64,000 nt of DNA, taken from contig DDEZ01000012.1 of NCBI GenBank assembly GCA_002336805.1, positions 111,054-175,053 of the forward strand, written 5' to 3'. Below the pieces are notes generated by a model. It was given only the letters and a program-made list of their open reading frames with translations. It did not search any database and was not told where the DNA came from. The stretch comes from Bacteroidetes bacterium UBA1941 (GTDB lineage Bacteria > Bacteroidota > Bacteroidia > Chitinophagales > LD1). The position numbers were made by a program, and so were the translations under genes. This document shows positions 36,708-46,795 of this stretch, in pieces (position 1 is the first letter of the stretch; each line of letters starts with the position of its first letter).

Positions 36708-38195
36708 TCACAGCGTCCGGTTGCGGACCCATTTGCTGCCACCGGTAGAGGTTGCTGCCTTAGCTGCTTTGGCCACCTGAGGCTTGTGCTCAAATACGTG
36801 AGCTGCCACGAGTGCTGCGATCTCCATTTCTGTGCTATCCTCCTTCTTCAGGTACTCTGGTTTGAAGTGCTTTGCTACAAAATGGGTATCAAATTTGCCG
36901 CTCACAAAGTCCGGATGCGTGATCACAAAAGCTCCGAACTGAAGGGTGTTTTTCACCCCCGTGATATGGTACTCATGTATAGCCCGCAGCATGCGGTCTA
37001 TGGCCTCCGTACGGTCCTTGCCGTAGGCTACGAGTTTGGCTATCATCGGATCGTAGTAGATAGGTATATCCATACCGGCCTCAAAGCCGTCATCTACGCG
37101 GATGCCGGGACCCTCGGGTTTCTTATACTCTGTGAGGCGACCTATATCGGGGAGGAAATTATTCATTGGGTCCTCCGCATATACACGTAGCTCCAGCGCA
37201 TGGCCACGGATAGCGAGATCCTCCTGTGTAAAAGATAGCCTCTCTCCTCTCGCCACTTTGATCTGTTCCTTCACCAGATCTATGCCGGTGATCATCTCGC
37301 TGACAGGATGCTCTACCTGCAGGCGGGTATTCATTTCAAGGAAGTAAAAGTTCAACGCTTCATCTACCAGAAACTCAACGGTACCTGCACCGATATAGGC
37401 ACAAGATTTACCCACCATGACCGCAGCCTCCCCTATTGCTTTACGCTTCTCGGGTGTGAGGCATGAGCTAGGTGCCTCCTCTACCACCTTCTGGTGGCGG
37501 CGCTGCACAGAGCACTCACGCTCGAAGAGGTAAACGATATTGCCGTAGTTATCTCCCAGTATCTGCACCTCTATATGCTTTGGCGAGCCGACATATTTCT
37601 CTATGAAAACGCTTCCATCGCCAAAGGCGGATAGCGCCTCTCCCTGCGCACGCTGCATCTGCTCTGCCAGCTGGTCAGGGCTCTCTACTACACGCATCCC
37701 CTTACCGCCGCCGCCGGCAGAGGCCTTGATGAGGACAGGATAGCCTATGCGGTCGCAAAGGTCACGTACCTCATCTGCACTATGTATAGCTCCATCGCTA
37801 CCCGGCACCATAGGAATATTAAATTTCTTGGCAGCTTCTTTTGCTGAGAGTTTATCGCCCATCACCTCGATGGCCTCCGGTGTGGGCCCGATAAAGGTGA
37901 TGCCATTCTCCTCCACCAGTTTGGCAAAGGCGGCATTCTCAGAGAGGAAACCATAGCCGGGGTGTATCCCATCCACTCCCAGGGTCTTGGCCACTTCTAC
38001 TATTTTATCACCACGCAGGTAGGAGTCCTTTGACGCGGGCGGGCCGATACATACGGCCTCATCTGCATAGCGTACGTGCGGCGAATGGCGGTCTGCCTCG
38101 CTGTAGACCGCTACGGTCTTGATGCCCATCTCGCGGGCGGAGCGCATGACACGGAGGGCTATTTCGCCCCTATTGGCTACGAGTATTTTCTTCAT
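36708..38195 (-). CDS. accC: Biotin carboxylase (acetyl/acyl-CoA carboxylase subunit)
   Basis: MKKILVANRGEIALRV, KASAGGGGKGMRVV, EMNTRLQVEHPVSE. 495 aa with a short basic C-terminal tail. Confidence 0.9.
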   Translation of the reverse strand: MKKILVANRGEIALRVMRSAREMGIKTVAVYSEADRHSPHVRYADEAVCIGPPASKDSYLRGDKIVEVAKTLGVDGIHPGYGFLSENAAFAKLVEENGITFIGPTPEAIEVMGDKLSAKEAAKKFNIPMVPGSDGAIHSADEVRDLCDRIGYPVLIKASAGGGGKGMRVVESPDQLAEQMQRAQGEALSAFGDGSVFIEKYVGSPKHIEVQILGDNYGNIVYLFERECSVQRRHQKVVEEAPSSCLTPEKRKAIGEAAVMVGKSCAYIGAGTVEFLVDEALNFYFLEMNTRLQVEHPVSEMITGIDLVKEQIKVARGERLSFTQEDLAIRGHALELRVYAEDPMNNFLPDIGRLTEYKKPEGPGIRVDDGFEAGMDIPIYYDPMIAKLVAYGKDRTEAIDRMLRAIHEYHITGVKNTLQFGAFVITHPDFVSGKFDTHFVAKHFKPEYLKKEDSTEMEIAALVAAHVFEHKPQVAKAAKAATSTGGSKWVRNRTL

Positions 38196-38267
38196 GATCG
38201 TTTATTACTGCCAAGGCGCAAGAGCGCCAAAACTTCTTCTCAAATATAGAAATGAATCGCTCATTAG

Positions 38268-39623
38268 TTACGACTCCGCTTCCACCAGTTCCCCCTCACT
38301 CTTTGCGATGATCACGGTGGCCAGGCAGTTGCCCAAGACATTCACTGATGTCCGTGCCATATCCATGATAGAGTCTACGCCAAATATGACATAGATAGGC
38401 CACTCCGGCAGGTGAAAGGTGGCCACAGTGCCCAGGAGGATCACGAAGGATGCTTTGGCTACACCGGCTACACCCTTGCTGGTGAGCATCAGCGTGAGAA
38501 GGATATAGAGCTGCGTGGAGAGAGGCATATTGATGCCCGCAGCCTGTGAGACAAAGATGGCTGCGAGCGAAAGGTAAAGCGTCGTACCATCCAGATTGAA
38601 TGAATACCCCATGGGCAGGACAAAGGAATAGACCTTTTTGTGTACGCCGAGTTTCTCCATCGCGCTCATGGCCTTCGGCAGGGCTGCATCAGAGCTGGCC
38701 GTGGCAAAGGCGACAGATACGGGCTCCTCTACTGCCTGCAGAAATTTCTTCAGTGGTACTTTGAAGTAAAGAGCAATAGGCAGCAATACCCCAAAGAGAA
38801 AGAACACAAGCGCGCCTGCGAGCGTGAGAAGTAGCAGCCCAAAATTCTTAAAGATGCCTAGTCCCATAGTACCTACTGTATATGCAATAGCGCCACCGAC
38901 TGCTATGGGAGAGAAGAGCATCACCAGATTGGTCAGTTTAAACATGACCTCGGAGAGAATTTCCGCGAAGCGGACGACAGGCTTCTTATACTCCTCCGCA
39001 CACATAGATACTGCTATGGCAAAGAGAATCGAGAAAATGACGACCTGGAGTACGTTATTCTCAGAGATAGCTTTAGCGATATTCTCGGGCACTATCTCGT
39101 AGAGTTGGAAGTGCTTGCCTGCGTCTGGCAGCGCTTCGGGCTTCTCTATGGTAGCTGGTTTGGCTATGCCCGCACCAGCCTGAGTCAGATTGATCGCGGC
39201 GAGGCCGATGAAAAGCGCGAGGGTGGTCACGACCTCAAAGTATATGATAGCCTTGAGCCCCATGCGGCCCACCTGCTTGAGGTCAGAGTGCCCGGCTATG
39301 CCTACCACCAGCGTGGCAAAGAGCAGCGGTGCGATGATCATTTTGACCAGGCGGAGGAATATCTTGCCAAAGACATTCAGCTCTCTGGCCATATCGGGGA
39401 AATCAACACCGATGACTACCCCTGTGATCATAGCAACAAATACCCAGATAGTGAGGGACCGCGCCTGCCAGCCGTACCATATCAGCGGCAGCAGGCCTAT
39501 GAGGCGTACAGCAGTAAAGACCGTAGATGGCAGGTCTATGATACCTCCTACCTGCAGCCAGGTAGCCACTATGATGACCAGGCCTGCGAGCAGGGCCACA
39601 TTGCGCCAGAGATGATGCTTCAT
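38268..39623 (-). CDS. Dicarboxylate/amino acid:cation symporter (DAACS/GltP family)
   Basis: Polytopic protein with ...TASSDAALP... and ...FGVDSIMDMARTSVNVLGN..., characteristic of the family. ATG at 39623 (an alternative GTG is at 39629). Confidence 0.88.
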   Translation of the reverse strand: MKHHLWRNVALLAGLVIIVATWLQVGGIIDLPSTVFTAVRLIGLLPLIWYGWQARSLTIWVFVAMITGVVIGVDFPDMARELNVFGKIFLRLVKMIIAPLLFATLVVGIAGHSDLKQVGRMGLKAIIYFEVVTTLALFIGLAAINLTQAGAGIAKPATIEKPEALPDAGKHFQLYEIVPENIAKAISENNVLQVVIFSILFAIAVSMCAEEYKKPVVRFAEILSEVMFKLTNLVMLFSPIAVGGAIAYTVGTMGLGIFKNFGLLLLTLAGALVFFLFGVLLPIALYFKVPLKKFLQAVEEPVSVAFATASSDAALPKAMSAMEKLGVHKKVYSFVLPMGYSFNLDGTTLYLSLAAIFVSQAAGINMPLSTQLYILLTLMLTSKGVAGVAKASFVILLGTVATFHLPEWPIYVIFGVDSIMDMARTSVNVLGNCLATVIIAKSEGELVEAES

Positions 39624-39709
39624 CCGCACAAAATATAAAAATCTACTATCAGAATGATCCAGCTGGAAAACATACCGGAAAAATACCTGTTATGGTGTAA
39701 CTTCACATC

Positions 39710-40111
39710 ATGATCATACCAGGTACATCATCTTTGACTCCGCAGCGGCAGGCGCTGGCATGCCTGGGCCTCTCACTGCTGGGCATGGTGTTTTGCCATA
39801 TTGCTTTTGCCGGCACGTCTAATGAGTTTCTGGCTGCATTTAGCGGTATCATGTTTTACTCGCTGATGAATCCCGTGCTATCCATCTTCCATGAGTCCTT
39901 TGCCAAATATACCTGGCCGTCCTGGCTGTACTACATCGCCCTGCTCATCGTACTCCTACTGGCAGCGCGGTATATCTCCGGCACCAGTATTTGGGCGCTG
40001 CCAGAGTACCGTATGATGCTGGGCAGTATCGCAGCTTTCTATATCATCACCAGTATCATGGTGCGGGTCATACGTGCCATCTGGGAGTTTGCAGAGAGTG
40101 ACGAGGGGTAG
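39710..40111 (+). CDS. Hypothetical 4-TM membrane protein
   Basis: 133 aa with four hydrophobic segments. I recognise no family. Confidence 0.6.
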   Translation: MIIPGTSSLTPQRQALACLGLSLLGMVFCHIAFAGTSNEFLAAFSGIMFYSLMNPVLSIFHESFAKYTWPSWLYYIALLIVLLLAARYISGTSIWALPEYRMMLGSIAAFYIITSIMVRVIRAIWEFAESDEG

Positions 40112-40135
40112 GCCTCACCCATCTGCCTTCAGCAT

Positions 40136-40160
40136 CTTCCCTCTCCAAAAGAGAGGGAAG
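40136..40160 (+). terminator. Strong hairpin downstream of the membrane-protein gene (terminator-like, weak T-tract)
   Basis: CTTCCCTCTC(40136-40145)/GAGAGGGAAG(40151-40160), a 10-bp perfect stem with loop CAAAA. It is followed by aacctaaaag rather than a U-run. Confidence 0.35.
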
Positions 40161-40278
40161 AACCTAAAAGTTAAAAAGCCTCTTTTCTGATCTGTTTTTT
40201 CAATGGGAGTAAGCTCCAAGAGCTTTTTATAGGCTGTCTGTATTTTTTATTATCCTTACAGTCTATAGTCTATCCGAT

Positions 40279-40938
40279 ATGAGTATCATTGTGGCCCCCT
40301 CTGTTTTGTCAGCTGATTTTGCCCATCTGGGCCGCGATATAGATATGCTGAATAGCAGCGAGGCGGATTGGATACATATAGATGTGATGGATGGCTCCTT
40401 TGTGCCCAATATCTCTTTTGGCTTCCCCATCCTGCAGGCTATCCGCAAAAGGACGCAGAAATTTTGCGATGTGCACCTGATGATCCTGCAGCCGGAGCGC
40501 TATATCAGGCAGTTTAAAGATGCCGGTGCGGACCACCTGACAGTACACTATGAGGGCAACCTGCACCTGGACTCTGTGATACGCGAGATCAAGGCTCAGG
40601 GCCTGTCTGCCGGGGTGGCCATCAATCCTGCCACACCTGTGAGCGAACTCAAAGAAGTGATCGGCCTGCTGGACCTGGTACTGGTGATGAGTGTCAATCC
40701 GGGCTTTGGGGGTCAGAAATTCATCCCCAATGCGCTGAATAAGGTGCGTGAAGCCCGCGAGCTGATCAAACAATCCGGCTCCAGGGCAAAAATAGAAGTG
40801 GACGGCGGTGTGGGCATGGAGAATGCCAAGAGCCTGATAGAAGCTGGTGCAGATGTGCTGGTGGCCGGCAACGCGGTTTTTGGCGCGAGCGATCCGGTCC
40901 AGACTATCTCTGCTATAAAGAATGCCGCCGCGAAATAA
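40279..40938 (+). CDS. rpe: Ribulose-phosphate 3-epimerase
   Basis: APSVLSADFAHLG, HIDVMDGSFVPNISFG, DVHLM, MSVNPGFGGQKF, EVDGGV, all canonical Rpe motifs. Confidence 0.95.
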   Translation: MSIIVAPSVLSADFAHLGRDIDMLNSSEADWIHIDVMDGSFVPNISFGFPILQAIRKRTQKFCDVHLMILQPERYIRQFKDAGADHLTVHYEGNLHLDSVIREIKAQGLSAGVAINPATPVSELKEVIGLLDLVLVMSVNPGFGGQKFIPNALNKVREARELIKQSGSRAKIEVDGGVGMENAKSLIEAGADVLVAGNAVFGASDPVQTISAIKNAAAK

Positions 40939-40968
40939 AATCACCATATAGCCGTTTCAGCCACGAAA

Positions 40969-43521
40969 ATGTCCAGAGTCTACCTACTTATCCTATCCCT
41001 GCTGATCGCTACAGGTGCGTGTGCACAGGACATGGCTACTATCACCGGTGCAGTGGCAGATGAATATGGCAAGCCGCTGGAGCTGGTCAATGTGGTAGTA
41101 AAAGAGAATCAAAAGTATTTCACCTCTACAGACTCTCTGGGACGCTATACACTGCGCGTACCGGCCGGCAAGCGCATCACGATCGTATTCAGCTATCTGA
41201 CCAATGTGATCTACTCTACCCCTGTGCTGCCGCTCAGAAATGATGAAAAGCAGATATCCTTTCAGGTGCAGAGCTCAGTTCAGCAGTTCCGAGAAGTAGA
41301 AATAAAGGACCAAGGCGCTCGCAGGGAGGGTATATCCAATATCAAAGTCCACGAGATCATGATACCAAATCTGGATGGCGGTATCGAGAGCTACCTGGCT
41401 GCACAGTCTCTGGGTGTCAATAAATCTAACGAGCTCAGCTCAAACTACTCCGTGCGTGGCGGTAGCTATGACGAGAACCTGGTCTATGTAAATGACTTTG
41501 AGATATACCGTCCATACCTGATGCGCTCCGGGCAGCAGGAGGGCCTTTCTTTTGCTAATCCTAATCTGGTGAGCAATATCAAGTTCTCATCTGGCGGCTG
41601 GCAGGCACGATATGGGGATAAGATGTCATCGGTAATGGATGTGACCTACAAGCGCCCTACTACCTGGGGTGGCTCGGTCACAGCTAGCCTCATGGGCCTG
41701 GCGGCACACGTAGAAGGCGCATCAAAAGATCCACGCAAATTCTCTTTCCTATTTGGTATCAGGCAGAAAAGCAGCCAGTATATCCTCGGCACGCTGGATA
41801 CCAAGGGGCAGTATTCACCTAATTTTATCGATGCACAGTTCTTTGCTACGAGTATGATCAGCAACCAGGTTTCCCTGGAGATCATCAGCAATGTGGCGCG
41901 AAATCAATTTAAGTTCATACCTGATAACCGTACCACTAAGTTTGGCACCGTAAGCACGGTAAAGCAGCTGGAGATGGCGTTTGAGGGGCAGGAACTGGAC
42001 AATTTCCTCTCTGTGACCAATGGCCTGGCCATAGTCATAAAGCCTAAAGAAAACCTACGTATCAAGTTTCTCGGGTCGGTCTATAACGACTTTGAGCATG
42101 AGAATTTTGACATACTCGCAGACTACCGCATAGGTGATGTGGAGAGCGACCCGAGTAAGAGCAACTATGGCAAAGTGACTAACTACAGCGGTATAGGTGG
42201 CATACAAAACTGGGGACGCAATACGCTCTACACAGATGTGTACACCGCTGCCACCCGCGGCTCGTGGTTTGCCAAGCATCACAATGTACAGTGGGGAGTA
42301 GACTACAAGCACGAAGTGATACAGGACAAGCTCTCGGAGTGGGACCGCCTGGACTCGGCTGGCTATTCTTTGCCTTTCACAGCCAATGGGCAGAAGAACT
42401 TCTACGGTGATAGCGTTCCTTTGAATAACTTCTCTGTGATCGGGATGGACCGCCTGCTGAAGAGCAGCTTTACCCTGAGCAGCAATCGGGTCAGTGCCTT
42501 TATCCAGGATACCTGGAGATTTGGAGATACGTCCAGATTCAGCCTGAACTACGGTGTACGCTTCCAATACTGGGATGCCAATAAGGAACCTATCGTGACC
42601 CCCCGCGCCCAGCTTTCCATCAAGCCATCGGTCAAAAAAGACATCATCCTGACCTTTGCAGGTGGCCTTTATTATCAGCCGCCTTTCTATAGGGAGATGC
42701 GCGACTCCTCCGGCCATGTGAATACCCACCTGCGCGCCCAGAAATCTGCTCATGCGGTGATCGGGTTCAACTATGCATTTAAGGCATGGGGACGGCCATT
42801 CAGCTTTGTGATGGAGGGATACTACAAGTACCTGTGGGATATCGTCTCCTTTGACTATGACAATACGCTGATACGCTACTCCGGACAGAATAATGCCAAG
42901 GGCTATGCTGCTGGTGTAGATATGCGCCTGAATGGCGAGCTGGCAGAGGGTGCCGAATCATGGATCAGCCTCTCGCTCATGAATACGCAGAATATAGTAC
43001 AAGGTGCGACTAAAACAGTATACCTGGACTCTGCAGGCAAGGAAGTGAGCGTAGTGAATAGCGTGACAAAACCAACGATAGCAGATACAGTGACGAGATC
43101 CGTAGGCTGGCAACCGAGGCCGACTAATCAGCTGGTGACTTTCAATCTGTTTTTCTCAGACTACATTCCTAAGTGGCCATTCATACGATTTAACCTGAAC
43201 CTGGCCTTTGGCTCCGGCCTGCCGGTCAAGTCTCCTACGCAGGACTACTACGCTCCCAAGTTTACACTGCCCTTTTACAAGCGTGTAGATATGGGCTTTG
43301 CGGCCCAGCTATGGAATCCCAAATGGGCAAAGAAGCCAAACAAAACCAGCAAAGCTTTCAAATCTGTATGGCTCAGCCTGGATGTGCTAAACATATTTGA
43401 TATACAGAATGTGGTATCCTACCTCTGGGTCAAAGATTTTTACAACAACCAATATGCGGTACCAAACAACCTCACCGGCCGCCGTGTCAACCTGAAGGTA
43501 GTGTTCAACTTTGGCAGCTAG
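40969..43521 (+). CDS. TonB-dependent receptor with carboxypeptidase-regulatory-like N-terminal domain
   Basis: Signal MSRVYLLILSLLIATGACAQ. A CarboxypepD_reg-like segment (ITGAVADEYGKPLELVNVVV), a plug region, and an 850-aa barrel ending VVFNFGS. Confidence 0.85.
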   Translation: MSRVYLLILSLLIATGACAQDMATITGAVADEYGKPLELVNVVVKENQKYFTSTDSLGRYTLRVPAGKRITIVFSYLTNVIYSTPVLPLRNDEKQISFQVQSSVQQFREVEIKDQGARREGISNIKVHEIMIPNLDGGIESYLAAQSLGVNKSNELSSNYSVRGGSYDENLVYVNDFEIYRPYLMRSGQQEGLSFANPNLVSNIKFSSGGWQARYGDKMSSVMDVTYKRPTTWGGSVTASLMGLAAHVEGASKDPRKFSFLFGIRQKSSQYILGTLDTKGQYSPNFIDAQFFATSMISNQVSLEIISNVARNQFKFIPDNRTTKFGTVSTVKQLEMAFEGQELDNFLSVTNGLAIVIKPKENLRIKFLGSVYNDFEHENFDILADYRIGDVESDPSKSNYGKVTNYSGIGGIQNWGRNTLYTDVYTAATRGSWFAKHHNVQWGVDYKHEVIQDKLSEWDRLDSAGYSLPFTANGQKNFYGDSVPLNNFSVIGMDRLLKSSFTLSSNRVSAFIQDTWRFGDTSRFSLNYGVRFQYWDANKEPIVTPRAQLSIKPSVKKDIILTFAGGLYYQPPFYREMRDSSGHVNTHLRAQKSAHAVIGFNYAFKAWGRPFSFVMEGYYKYLWDIVSFDYDNTLIRYSGQNNAKGYAAGVDMRLNGELAEGAESWISLSLMNTQNIVQGATKTVYLDSAGKEVSVVNSVTKPTIADTVTRSVGWQPRPTNQLVTFNLFFSDYIPKWPFIRFNLNLAFGSGLPVKSPTQDYYAPKFTLPFYKRVDMGFAAQLWNPKWAKKPNKTSKAFKSVWLSLDVLNIFDIQNVVSYLWVKDFYNNQYAVPNNLTGRRVNLKVVFNFGS

Positions 43522-43958
43522 AGGATAGCGCCTAGTTTCTTCTGCATGTGATAGTGTGCGATGCCGACCTCTACAAACTCATCTCCGATAGTCTCGTAGC
43601 CCAATGCCGTATAAAAAGGTGCCGCTACTACACGTGCATGGCAGTGTATCAGCGTGTACCCTTCCTTCTTTGCGTATTCCTCCGCATATAGGGCTATGGC
43701 CTTGCCTATCCCCTGCCCTTGCAGAGTATCATCTACGGCTACCTGCCGCATCTGTATAGCGCCCGACCCTGATGCTGTCAGTGTGAGCGTAGCCAGTATC
43801 CGGTCACCGTCAAAGGCGCCGATATGCACGTCAGGTATATCGCGTGCCAGATCAGCGGCGCTAAAGGTGAGTCCCAGGGGTATACGCAATATCCTATACC
43901 TCAGAAGTAGTGATAAAAGGTACTCCGGATCAGACTGCCGGAATGCGTGAATATCCAT
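43518..43958 (-). CDS. GNAT-family N-acetyltransferase
   Basis: RQVAVDDTLQGQGIGKAIALYAEEYA (motif A). 146 aa. The stop overlaps the convergent receptor gene by 4 nt. Confidence 0.8.
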   Translation of the reverse strand: MDIHAFRQSDPEYLLSLLLRYRILRIPLGLTFSAADLARDIPDVHIGAFDGDRILATLTLTASGSGAIQMRQVAVDDTLQGQGIGKAIALYAEEYAKKEGYTLIHCHARVVAAPFYTALGYETIGDEFVEVGIAHYHMQKKLGAIL

Positions 43959-43968
43959 CGGCGATCGC

Positions 43969-44388
43969 TTATCCGTAGTAAGCTACCAGCTGGGCCAGAT
44001 CCTTCACGGTAGTGATACCTACCAGCGTGCCGTTGTCTACTACAGGCAGGCACTGTATCTTATGATCTGCAAATAGCTTAGCTGCTTTTTTGATAGAATC
44101 TGAAGAAGTAATAGAGATAGGATCCTTTGTCATTATATCCGGTATATTTAGCGCCTTGTCTATTTCATCGCTGTTAAATTTCATATCTCTATACTTCGCA
44201 TCGTAGAAAAGCTTCATCAGGTCATTTGAACTAATAATGCCGATGATTCTATTTTGTCCGTCCACTACGGGTAGATGGTGCATATTATGCTTTGAAAATA
44301 GTTCCAGAACTTCCGAAAAATTGTGGAACTGATTAGCCACCACTACAGTGCGGCTCATGATGGTAGATACCGGATCATTGACTTCCAT
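43969..44388 (-). CDS. CBS-pair domain protein
   Basis: 139 aa with two CBS repeats (HHLPVVDGQNRIIGIISSNDL; QCLPVVDNGTLVGITTVKDL). Confidence 0.85.
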   Translation of the reverse strand: MEVNDPVSTIMSRTVVVANQFHNFSEVLELFSKHNMHHLPVVDGQNRIIGIISSNDLMKLFYDAKYRDMKFNSDEIDKALNIPDIMTKDPISITSSDSIKKAAKLFADHKIQCLPVVDNGTLVGITTVKDLAQLVAYYG

Positions 44389-44465
44389 GAGATAGGATTG
44401 AATTGTGATTTAAGTTTACCTGAAAAATAAAAAATTCATAGTAATATAGTGCACTAATTTTCGTC

Positions 44466-45026
44466 ATGCCATTTATTGACACAGACTTTCCGGGGTTAAA
44501 GATCTTTGACCCGACCGTTTTCAGTGATAGCAGAGGCTATTTCGTAGAAACTTTTAATGAAAACACTTTCAAAGCAGCCGGCATAGAAGCACGCTTCGTA
44601 CAGGATAACGAATCAAAATCTCAGTATGGCGTGGTACGCGGCCTGCATTACCAGCTGGACCCTCATGCCCAGGCCAAGCTGGTACGGGTGATATATGGAG
44701 AGGTGCTGGACGTAGTAGTAGATATCCGCAAAGGCTCTCCTACCTACGGTAAAAAATACGAAGTGCTCCTGTCCGGCGAAAACAAACGCCAGCTTTTCAT
44801 TCCAAGGGGTTTTGCGCATGGCTTCTCGGTGCTGAGGGATGATACCGTATTTAGCTACAAGTGTGATAACTTTTACAATAAAGTATCTGAGGGTGGCCTG
44901 CTGCTATCCGATCCAGACCTGGCTATAGACTGGCGCATACCGGCAGACCAGATGATCATATCTGACAAGGATAAGAACAATCCGTCGCTCAGAGATTGCG
45001 TAAACAATTTCGAATACCGCCCATGA
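44466..45026 (+). CDS. rfbC: dTDP-4-dehydrorhamnose 3,5-epimerase
   Basis: FSDSRGYF.E.F, VQDNESKS.YGVVRGLHYQ, KLVRV..GEVLDVVVDIR. Confidence 0.93.
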   Translation: MPFIDTDFPGLKIFDPTVFSDSRGYFVETFNENTFKAAGIEARFVQDNESKSQYGVVRGLHYQLDPHAQAKLVRVIYGEVLDVVVDIRKGSPTYGKKYEVLLSGENKRQLFIPRGFAHGFSVLRDDTVFSYKCDNFYNKVSEGGLLLSDPDLAIDWRIPADQMIISDKDKNNPSLRDCVNNFEYRP

Positions 45027-45895
45027 AAAAGATACTGGTCACTGGCGCATCGGGCCAGCTAGGTAGCGAGATCAAATACCTATCCTCTCAATACAGCCAA
45101 TATTCATTCACATATACAGATGCCTCAGAGCTGGATATCACAGATGCTGCAGCGGTGATGCTAGCAGCAAAAGATAGTGGCTACTACGCCATCATCAATT
45201 GTGCTGCATATACTGCGGTAGATAAAGCCGAAAGTGATAAGGACAGAGCATACCTGATCAACGCTACTGGCGCTGCTAACCTGGCCGCTGCTGCCGCAGC
45301 TACCGGGGCTAAATTTGTCCATGTATCCACTGATTTCATCTTTGACGGCAAGCATAGCGAGCCCATCCTGGAGGATGACAAACCTAATCCCCTCAGTGTG
45401 TATGGTGCATCAAAGCTAGGCGGGGAGACCGAAGTATTAAAAGCTAATCCTCAGACATTGCTGGTACGTACCTCATGGGTATACTCCAGCTACGGGGCCA
45501 ACTTTGTAAAGACCATCCTGCGTCTCTGCCGCGAGCGAGAAAGTTTGAATGTGATTTTTGATCAGATAGGCACACCGACCTATGCACGGGACCTGGCGGC
45601 ATTCATACTATCAGCACTGGACACCGCCGTGGAGCAAAAAATCGGCGGCATATTTCACTATAGCAATGAGGGGGTGGCATCTTGGTATGACTTTGCGGTA
45701 GCCATACGCGATATCGCAGGCCTCAGCACCAAAATATCTCCGATAGAGACAGCGCAATACCCCACGCCTGCTGTACGTCCTAAGTATAGCGTACTAAACA
45801 AGGGAAAAGTGAAGAAGGCATTTGGCATCCAGATCCCATACTGGCGTGAGAGCCTGGTGAGCGCCATGGACATCATACTGAAAGAACAAGCATAA
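45023..45895 (+). CDS. rfbD: dTDP-4-dehydrorhamnose reductase
   Basis: MKKILVTGASGQLGS, AAYTAVDKAE, STDFIFDG, YGASKLGGE. The ATG overlaps the rfbC stop (ATGA). Confidence 0.93.
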   Translation: MKKILVTGASGQLGSEIKYLSSQYSQYSFTYTDASELDITDAAAVMLAAKDSGYYAIINCAAYTAVDKAESDKDRAYLINATGAANLAAAAAATGAKFVHVSTDFIFDGKHSEPILEDDKPNPLSVYGASKLGGETEVLKANPQTLLVRTSWVYSSYGANFVKTILRLCRERESLNVIFDQIGTPTYARDLAAFILSALDTAVEQKIGGIFHYSNEGVASWYDFAVAIRDIAGLSTKISPIETAQYPTPAVRPKYSVLNKGKVKKAFGIQIPYWRESLVSAMDIILKEQA

Positions 45896-45896
45896 A

Positions 45897-46673
45897 ATGA
45901 CCCATCAGGATATTGATATTGACTTTCTGCTCGCTGTGACGCGTCAGGCGGGTGAGGCTATCATGGAGGTCTATAAAAAAGACTTCGCCATAGAGTATAA
46001 AGACGACAAATCTCCCCTCACCGAGGCTGACAAACTGAGCAACGCTGTGATAAACGCAGCGCTGCTGGAGCGCTATCCCAGCTCCAACATTATCTCGGAA
46101 GAAAATAAGCAGCTACCCTATGAGGTGCGCAAAGACTGGCGCAGCTTCTGGCTCATAGACCCGATAGACGGCACTAAAGAATTCATCAAAAAAAATGGTG
46201 AGTTTACAGTCAATATTGCCTTCGTAGAAGCTGGTGTGCCTACTGCCGGCTTCGTATATGCACCGGCACTGGATGTGATGTACTACGCGATCAAGGGTGA
46301 TGGGGCATACAAGATCATGGATAGTCGCAAGGTAAAACTGGAGCCCTGCCCATCCTGGCGAGACAAAGCTGAGGTACGCGTAGTGGCCAGCCGCTCACAC
46401 ATGAGCCCTGAGACGCTGGACTTTGTAAAGGCGATAGAACTATCGGGCAAGCAGATAGAATTCATCTCATCCGGCAGCTCGCTAAAGCTCTGCATGGTGG
46501 CAGATGGCACTGCCGATGTATATCCCCGCTTCGGCCCTACTATGGAGTGGGATACGGGCGCAGCACATGCCATAGCGCTCTATGCAGGCAAAAATGTGAT
46601 CAATGCAGATACCAAGCAGCCGCTGGTTTACAATAAAGAGAATCTGCTCAATCCTAGTTTCATAGTGGAGTAG
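45897..46673 (+). CDS. cysQ: 3'(2'),5'-bisphosphate nucleotidase
   Basis: SPLTEADK, WLIDPIDGTKEF and WDTGAAHAI, the inositol monophosphatase-fold CysQ motifs. Confidence 0.88.
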   Translation: MTHQDIDIDFLLAVTRQAGEAIMEVYKKDFAIEYKDDKSPLTEADKLSNAVINAALLERYPSSNIISEENKQLPYEVRKDWRSFWLIDPIDGTKEFIKKNGEFTVNIAFVEAGVPTAGFVYAPALDVMYYAIKGDGAYKIMDSRKVKLEPCPSWRDKAEVRVVASRSHMSPETLDFVKAIELSGKQIEFISSGSSLKLCMVADGTADVYPRFGPTMEWDTGAAHAIALYAGKNVINADTKQPLVYNKENLLNPSFIVE

Positions 46674-46795
46674 CAGCAAATCATAACATTGTGGTAATAC
46701 TACGCGTTTCGCTCGGGGCTATGTTTGCGCAGGTCATTGAATAGACCAGAACCAAGTGGATCACAAGCATATATTTAACAGCAAAAATACACTAC

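Noticed and set aside
36708-38195. accC without an adjacent accB, and with a ~40-aa C-terminal tail, considered as a possible novel carboxylase.
   Set aside because: The core is a standard biotin carboxylase. Stand-alone BC subunits with partner genes elsewhere are common, so there is nothing in the sequence to support novelty.
40309-40947. A 212-aa ORF fully antisense to rpe, spanning nearly its whole length.
   Set aside because: The product is H/Q/R/I-rich with no recognisable motif, whereas the sense strand encodes a textbook Rpe. This is a typical shadow ORF arising from codon bias, which suppresses antisense stop codons.
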